Assembly: GCA_041665265.1 (NCBI GenBank)
Contig: JBAYJE010000005.1
Coordinates: forward strand, 1-55,040
Length of the DNA: 55,040 nt
Direction of reading: 5' to 3'
DNA from: Minisyncoccota bacterium
GTDB lineage: Bacteria; Patescibacteriota; Minisyncoccia; UBA6257; GWB1-50-10
The translations under genes were made by a program, and so were the position numbers. The notes beneath the pieces were generated by a model. The model had not been told where the DNA came from and did no database searches. It was given only the letters and a program-made list of their open reading frames with translations. The first letter of the stretch is position 1. Each line of letters begins with the position of its first letter. Of this stretch, positions 49,912 to 55,040 are shown piece by piece.

Positions 49912-50595
49912 ATGCAACAAAAAGCAGTCATTATTTACGGACCTCCTGGGTCGGGGAAGGGAACACAAGCAGATCTTTTGGTACGAAAGTTTAGTTTTAT
50001 TCACTTCGATACGGGGCGGTATATTGAGTCACTTCTTCGTTCTCCTGATGCCAAGAAGGACGCAATTTTGAGAAGAGAAAAGAAGCTTTTTGATTCGGGA
50101 ATACTTTGCACTCCAGAATGGGTTTTAAAAGTGGTACGAGAAGAAGCAACACGCATTGCAAGGGCGGGATACAACATCGTGTTTAGTGGTTCTCCTCGCA
50201 CGCTTTTTGAGGCATTCGGTGATAAAAACACAAAAGGACTCGTGGAAACACTCGCTGCACTTTATGGAGTAAAAAATATGGCGGTAGTACTTCTTGGTGT
50301 GCGGGACGCAACCTCAATCAAGCGAAACAGTCATCGATTAGTGTGTTCAGTGTGTGGACTTCCCAAACTTGAAAGTGCAAAGCTTCCTCATTGTCCGTTA
50401 TGTGCGGGACCAATGCGTACTCGCTCGCTTGATAATGCAGACGTGATAAAGGTACGTCTCCAGCAATATAGAGAGCGAACGTATCCAATCGTGGCGGGTA
50501 TGAAAAATTTGAAATTCAATATTGTAAAAGTAAATGGGGAGCCATTGCCGTATAAAGTTTCAGAGAAAGTAGTCACCGCATTAAAACTTAAATAA
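49912..50595 (+). CDS. adk: adenylate kinase (zinc-lid type)
   Basis: IIYGPPGSGKGTQ. The lid carries CSVCGL...CPLCAG. I call the ATG at 49912. Confidence 0.9.
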   Translation: MQQKAVIIYGPPGSGKGTQADLLVRKFSFIHFDTGRYIESLLRSPDAKKDAILRREKKLFDSGILCTPEWVLKVVREEATRIARAGYNIVFSGSPRTLFEAFGDKNTKGLVETLAALYGVKNMAVVLLGVRDATSIKRNSHRLVCSVCGLPKLESAKLPHCPLCAGPMRTRSLDNADVIKVRLQQYRERTYPIVAGMKNLKFNIVKVNGEPLPYKVSEKVVTALKLK

Positions 50596-50598
50596 ATT

Positions 50599-51357
50599 AT
50601 GGTCAGGTTGAAGAGTGAAAAAGATTTAGAATTGTTACGTATTTCTGGGCGCATCCTTGCGGCCACGCTTCGCGCACTTTCGAAAGAAGTGAAGGCGGGA
50701 GTGATACTTTCTAATCTCGATAAAAAGGCAAAGGAATTAATTTTGAAGGAAGGTGCTACGCCTACATTTTTAGGATATACCCCTGAAGGAGCAACTAAGG
50801 CCTACGCTGCTTCAATCTGTGCATCGGTAAATGAAACTATTGTACATGGACTTCCTGGAAAATATATTCTGAAAGAAGGTGACATTATTTCAATAGATTT
50901 AGGAGTAACGTATAAAGGGTATGTAACCGATGGCGCGGTAACGGTTGGAGTAGGAAATATATCCGAGGAAGCAAGAGCGCTTTTGCGCGTAACTCACGAA
51001 GCGCTTCAAAATGGGATTGAAGAATGTATACCTGGAAAACACTTGGGTGATATTGGTTATGCCATCGAAAAGACTGCTCAAATAGGCAAATTTCGCGTAA
51101 TTCAGGGCCTTACAGGGCATGGCGTGGGGTTCGCGCTCCATGAGGACCCGTCTGTATTTAACTATGGAAAACGGGGTGAGGGGATGAAATTAGTGCCTGG
51201 ACTTGTGATTGCAATTGAGCCAATGTTCTCTGTAAAATCGCCTTATATTCAACAGAAAAAAGATGATAGCTTTGCAACAAAAGACGGAAGCCTAAGTGCT
51301 CATTTCGAGCATACGGTAGTAATTACCGAAGAAGGATTCGAGGTGCTCACCGCATAA
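50599..51357 (+). CDS. map: methionine aminopeptidase type I
   Basis: VHGLPG, GDIISIDLG, DGAVT, GHGVG, IEPM, HFEHTV metal-ligand blocks. Confidence 0.95.
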   Translation: MVRLKSEKDLELLRISGRILAATLRALSKEVKAGVILSNLDKKAKELILKEGATPTFLGYTPEGATKAYAASICASVNETIVHGLPGKYILKEGDIISIDLGVTYKGYVTDGAVTVGVGNISEEARALLRVTHEALQNGIEECIPGKHLGDIGYAIEKTAQIGKFRVIQGLTGHGVGFALHEDPSVFNYGKRGEGMKLVPGLVIAIEPMFSVKSPYIQQKKDDSFATKDGSLSAHFEHTVVITEEGFEVLTA

Positions 51358-51371
51358 TTTTTTGCATAAAT

Positions 51372-51397
51372 AAAAAACGGCCCGCGAGCCGTTATTT
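51372..51397. terminator. bidirectional intrinsic terminator
   Basis: AACGGC-CCGCGA-GCCGTT flanked by an A-run and ATTT. Confidence 0.7.
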
Positions 51398-51401
51398 GTA
51401 T

Positions 51402-51686
51402 TTAGAATAACTGAACAATTTTCTCTTTAATAAAATCCTTACTCAAGGAGACACCGTCTTCTGAGAAAAAAGATGTGACTCCAAGAATAAGAGAAAAGGG
51501 TCCTGTGATAAGACAGGGTATAATAGAAGAATATTCTATCGGATTCCAATTACTACCAACAGTAATATCCATTTCTTTAAAGCTTTTCGAAATATACCAA
51601 TTTTTTAGAAGCGTAGGAAGTGTTTGGAAAATAAATCCAATAACTCCTAGACCAAGCCAAATTAAAAAAATCATATACTCCGTCAT
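51402..51686 (-). CDS. small membrane protein (94 aa)
   Basis: MTEYMIFLIWLGLGVIGFIF..., 2-3 TM segments. A promoter lies inside the longer ORF-track version. Confidence 0.5.
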   Translation of the reverse strand: MTEYMIFLIWLGLGVIGFIFQTLPTLLKNWYISKSFKEMDITVGSNWNPIEYSSIIPCLITGPFSLILGVTSFFSEDGVSLSKDFIKEKIVQLF

Positions 51687-51733
51687 AAAGATTCCTTTAG
51701 AAAAGGTGAGTAAAAAGGTAAATATCTGAGTGT

Positions 51734-51763
51734 ATAATAGCACAATATTAGCATTTTTGTCAA
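51734..51763 (-). promoter_or_regulatory. sigma70-type promoter
   Basis: The minus strand reads TTGACA-18 nt-TATTAT. Confidence 0.5.
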
Positions 51764-51964
51764 TAGTATTACAAATCTGAACATATAAAGATGATTGGTA
51801 GAGCAATATACTGGAATGGAGGAGCTCGACCAATAGCATGAAGAATCGCGAGGCACTTGCATTTTTTAGAGAAGTGTGCTACATTGTTGGTGTTGAGAGT
51901 AATGTTTTCCCTATCTCCATAAGCTTCGGTTTACGGAAAAAATTAAGGAAAGTATTATCCTATT

Positions 51965-51996
51965 CATCTCCCTGCTTCGGCGGGGAGATGTTTTTT
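51965..51996 (+). terminator. strong orphan intrinsic terminator (UUCG tetraloop)
   Basis: 11-bp stem CATCTCCCTGC/GCGGGGAGATG, TTCG loop, then T6. No convincing gene lies upstream on the + strand. Confidence 0.75.
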
Positions 51997-51998
51997 AT

Positions 51999-52179
51999 AA
52001 ATAAGTCTCATTTTTATACTATTTTCGTGAAATCCGGCATACCAAAAAAGTGTGTACTCCGGGCCGTTAGGCCAAGTCTTACCCACTTTTTTAGTATGCC
52101 AAGTTTCACTTCAGCCATTTGGATTCCTATATTTTATTCCCTCGCTTCAAGGGTTCTTTTGGAAAAAAGAGACTTATTT
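51999..52179. repeat. 181-bp element bounded by 17-bp inverted repeats, with an internal 17-bp-stem hairpin
   Basis: AAATAAGTCTCATTTTT (51999-52015) pairs with AAAAAAGAGACTTATTT (52163-52179), 16/17. The inner arms 52036-52052 and 52084-52100 also match 16/17. Confidence 0.8.
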
Positions 52180-52206
52180 TTTTGATGAAGTGGAGAGAGG
52201 TGTATA

Positions 52207-52235
52207 TTCTTGTTTTTTCAAACCTATGCTACAAT
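52207..52235 (+). promoter_or_regulatory. candidate extended -10 promoter for secA (about 100-nt leader)
   Basis: TGcTACAAT at 52227-52235 and a weak -35 TTCTTG at 52207-52212. Confidence 0.4.
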
Positions 52236-52346
52236 AATCGCAAGCATTATTGGGTGGGAAGAGTGGTTATGGATAGAGCACTCTCTCAACAATAAAAATA
52301 GGAGGTCACCGCCATAGCCACTCCTGCCACCGAATAGTGCATCATT

Positions 52347-54851
52347 ATGTTTGATTTTCTGTCCAATTTATTTCCGGATCGTACTTTAGAGCGCCTTCGA
52401 GGCGTTGTTTTGCACGTGAATAAACTTGAGGATAGTGTGCGTTCGCTTTCCAATGATGAGCTTCGTGCGGCCTCATTAACATTAAAAACAGAGATTATTG
52501 AAAAAGAAGCGACCGAAGAGGTTCTTCAAGAGGCGCTCCCACAAGCATTTTCACTTATTCGAGAAGCGGGGAAACGCAATTTAAAACAACGTCATTTCGA
52601 TGTGCAACTTATGGGAGGTATGGTGCTTCACGAAGGAAAGATTGTAGAAATGTTAACGGGTGAGGGGAAGACGCTTACCGCAACTGCGGCAGTGTATTTA
52701 AACGCGCTTACCGGAAAAGGAGTGCACGTGGTTACGGTGAATGATTATCTTGCGCGTCGCGATGCAATATGGATGGGACAGATTTATCATGCTCTTGGGC
52801 TTTCTGTTGCGTGTATTGTGCACGATGCGGCATATCAATATGACCCAAAGTTTGATGCAACAACACTCGATAAGGAACGTGATCTCGTAGGTGGATTTCG
52901 TGTGGTAGAAAACTTTTTACGACCTATTGCACGCAAGGAGGCATATGCATGTGATATTACCTATGGAACCAATCACGAATTTGGTTTTGATTTTTTGCGA
53001 GATAATTTAACCTTGCGTCTTAATGATAAGGTGCAGCGTCCACACTATTTTGTCATTATTGATGAAGTTGACTCCATTCTTATCGATGAGGCGCGCACCC
53101 CACTTATTATTGCGGCACCTGATTCAGAATCGAGCGAATACTATAAAGTTTTTGCACGTATTACTGAGAAGCTTCAGCCAGAAGAAGATTATTTGGTTGA
53201 TGAAAAACTTCGCACCGCAAATGTAACTGATGCGGGCATTGAAAAGGTAGAAAAGGCACTTAATATTGAAAACATATTTTCTCCAGAACATTCACGTCTC
53301 GTGCATTTTCTCCAGGAGAGTATTAAAGCAAAAGCATTATTTCGTCGTGACAAGGAGTATCTCGTAAAAAATAACGAGGTACTTATTGTTGATGAGTTTA
53401 CAGGGCGCATGCTTCAAGGACGCCGTTATTCAGGAGGTCTTCATCAGGCCATTGAGGCAAAAGAGGGACTTTATGTAAATCAAGAAAATCGAACATTTGC
53501 GCAGATTACGATTCAGAATTATTTTAGACTTTATAAGAAAATTGGTGGTATGACAGGTACCGCACAAACATCCGCCGAAGAATTTCATAAGGTATATGGA
53601 CTCGAGGTAGTAAGTATTCCTCCTAACAGGCCAATGGTGAGAGATGACCTTCCTGATTTGGTATATAAATCGAAAGAGGCAAAGTATCGTGCTATCGCGG
53701 AAGAGGTAAAGAAGCTACATAACGAGGGGCACCCCGTACTTATTGGTACTACCTCCATTGCAAACAATGAGATTGTTTCGGAATACCTTGCAAGCGCACA
53801 TGTTCCTCATGAGGTATTGAATGCAAAAAATAATGAACGAGAGGGTTCAATTATTGCGCAAGCAGGACGAAAAGGAGCAGTCACGGTGGCCACCAATATG
53901 GCGGGAAGGGGCGTTGACATCATCCTGGGTGGTAATCCACGAGATTCTGTGGAAGCTGAAGAGGTTTTAAAATTAGGAGGACTTCATGTGATTGGTACGG
54001 AGCGTCATGAGGCGCGACGCATTGATAATCAGTTGCGAGGCCGCGCAGGACGACAGGGAGATCCTGGTTCATCGCGTTTCTTTCTTTCGCTTGAGGATGA
54101 TCTGATGCGTATCTTTGGTGGCGATCGCATTAAGAATCTTATGCAGGCAGTTAATTTTCCCGAGGAGGTGCCTATTGAATCAAAGATGGTTTCAAAAGCA
54201 GTGAACCAGGCCCAGCAGCGGGTAGAAGGAAATAATTTTGATATTCGCCATCATTTATTGGAGTACGATGATATTTTAAATAAACAGCGTACCGCAGTAT
54301 ATGCGAAACGTTTTAAATATCTTGAGCTAGGAGAAAAAAATGAGATTATGCCCGAAGTAAAAGAATTACTTGAGCGTTTTGAGAACACTTATGCACATGC
54401 GTATGCACAAGGAGAGTATTCTGCAGAACAGGAGAAACTTGTTGCAGAAGCAAAAGAGAAAGTAAGTCATATTCCAGAGAAAGTCGAAGCTGATCGCGCA
54501 ATAGTAATTGGTCAGCACCTTGTGCGTATTTTAGATATGCTTTGGGTTGATCATCTTGAGAGCCTCGATTCACTTCGAGAATCAGTGAATATTCGAGCCT
54601 ATGGTCAGCACGAACCACTCGTGGAGTACCGACGTGAAGCACACGGACTTTATCAGCGTTTACAGCAGACATTTGAACAGCTTGTATTTAATTCTGTGTT
54701 TCAACTTTTTGAAATGGATATGTCAAAAATAAAAACACACGAAGTGGCAAAACCAAAAACACCACCACCTCCTTCTGCAAAGGAGATTGGCCGTAACGAT
54801 CCTTGTTGGTGTGGTTCTGGAAAGAAGTATAAGAAGTGTCATGGGAAGTAG
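52347..54851 (+). CDS. secA: preprotein translocase ATPase SecA
   Basis: MLTGEGKTL (Walker A), VIIDEVDSILIDEARTPLII, TNMAGRGVDI, C-terminal zinc motif CWCGSGKKYKKCHG. Confidence 0.97.
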   Translation: MFDFLSNLFPDRTLERLRGVVLHVNKLEDSVRSLSNDELRAASLTLKTEIIEKEATEEVLQEALPQAFSLIREAGKRNLKQRHFDVQLMGGMVLHEGKIVEMLTGEGKTLTATAAVYLNALTGKGVHVVTVNDYLARRDAIWMGQIYHALGLSVACIVHDAAYQYDPKFDATTLDKERDLVGGFRVVENFLRPIARKEAYACDITYGTNHEFGFDFLRDNLTLRLNDKVQRPHYFVIIDEVDSILIDEARTPLIIAAPDSESSEYYKVFARITEKLQPEEDYLVDEKLRTANVTDAGIEKVEKALNIENIFSPEHSRLVHFLQESIKAKALFRRDKEYLVKNNEVLIVDEFTGRMLQGRRYSGGLHQAIEAKEGLYVNQENRTFAQITIQNYFRLYKKIGGMTGTAQTSAEEFHKVYGLEVVSIPPNRPMVRDDLPDLVYKSKEAKYRAIAEEVKKLHNEGHPVLIGTTSIANNEIVSEYLASAHVPHEVLNAKNNEREGSIIAQAGRKGAVTVATNMAGRGVDIILGGNPRDSVEAEEVLKLGGLHVIGTERHEARRIDNQLRGRAGRQGDPGSSRFFLSLEDDLMRIFGGDRIKNLMQAVNFPEEVPIESKMVSKAVNQAQQRVEGNNFDIRHHLLEYDDILNKQRTAVYAKRFKYLELGEKNEIMPEVKELLERFENTYAHAYAQGEYSAEQEKLVAEAKEKVSHIPEKVEADRAIVIGQHLVRILDMLWVDHLESLDSLRESVNIRAYGQHEPLVEYRREAHGLYQRLQQTFEQLVFNSVFQLFEMDMSKIKTHEVAKPKTPPPPSAKEIGRNDPCWCGSGKKYKKCHGK

Positions 54852-54898
54852 GAGCTGACAAATAGAGCCGTTTCCGTCCGCAAACTGCGGATAAAGGG

Positions 54899-54929
54899 AA
54901 AAACCCCGTGCAATGAGCACGGGGTTTTT
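54899..54929. terminator. bidirectional intrinsic terminator
   Basis: 8-bp stem CCCCGTGC/GCACGGGG flanked by AAAAA and TTTTT. Confidence 0.8.
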
Positions 54930-54956
54930 CTATGCCAAAATCCCGATCTCGAAAAA

Positions 54957-55040
54957 TTAACACTGCTCGTCGAAGGTCGAGGTACGCGGCACCAGAGTCC
55001 GCAAGCTTACAAAAGTTGACACAACACCGAGTATGAAAAA
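54957..55040 (-). CDS. possible 3' end of a convergent gene running off the window
   Basis: The minus-strand frame is open for 27 codons up to the window edge (...FFILGVVSTFVSLRTLVPRTSTFDEQC*), with the stop at 54957-54959 just after the bidirectional terminator. Confidence 0.25.
   Translation of the reverse strand, partial: FFILGVVSTFVSLRTLVPRTSTFDEQC

Noticed and set aside
51838-52237. ORFs 51838-52185(+) and 52052-52237(+) in the gap upstream of secA.
   Set aside because: The first reads straight through the strongest terminator in the window and through the nested palindrome. The second lies inside the palindrome. Neither has recognisable motifs.

Overview
This 55-kb window comes from a small-genome, moderately AT-rich bacterium. 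By inference only, its gene content and protein architectures look like Patescibacteria/CPR (Parcubacteria-like): an S10-spc ribosomal cluster with no L30 gene, an abnormally short L3, a zinc-type S14, an AspRS without the GAD domain, an AlaRS without the C-Ala domain, ComEC in two ORFs, and many small secreted or membrane proteins of unknown function.

Coding content, in order:
- TPM-domain protein (5' partial), GNAT, NUDIX, GreA, Tmk-like kinase, a Nudix-like/methyltransferase fusion, and a second convergent GreA paralog.
- PAP2-LssY phosphatase, a GHL10-like hydrolase and a PlsC-like acyltransferase.
- dnaG-rpoD, alaS, and a VirD4/TraD-like ATPase with a zinc ribbon and a disordered tail.
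- efp, three small membrane proteins, mnmA, ComEC (two ORFs), aspS, ndk and an LD-carboxypeptidase.
- tRNA-Pro(GGG), rpmB, a dockerin + T9SS-type C-terminal-domain protein and an M50 protease.
- rpsL-rpsG, fusA, three inserted hypothetical genes, tuf, rpsJ through rplO, secY, adk, map and secA.

I saw no rRNA, CRISPR array, transposase, integrase or recognisable toxin-antitoxin, restriction-modification or defence operon, and I could not identify a clear multi-gene novel system.

The best leads are:
1. A T9SS-sorting-domain/dockerin protein in a genome type not expected to have a T9SS, next to a tRNA-Pro locus with tRNA fragments and three abutting perfect palindromes.
2. A recurring CCCGTTAGA/TCTAACGGG inverted-repeat pair bracketing the leaders of both rpsL and secY.
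3. A 77%-GC, in-frame palindromic insertion inside mnmA.
4. Two rod-like structured intergenic elements (27.07-27.22 kb and 52.00-52.18 kb).
5. A split between housekeeping genes that look leaderless or lack a Shine-Dalgarno (SD) site and accessory genes with a canonical GGAGG.

All homology calls rest on motif recognition by eye. No searches or folding programs were run.
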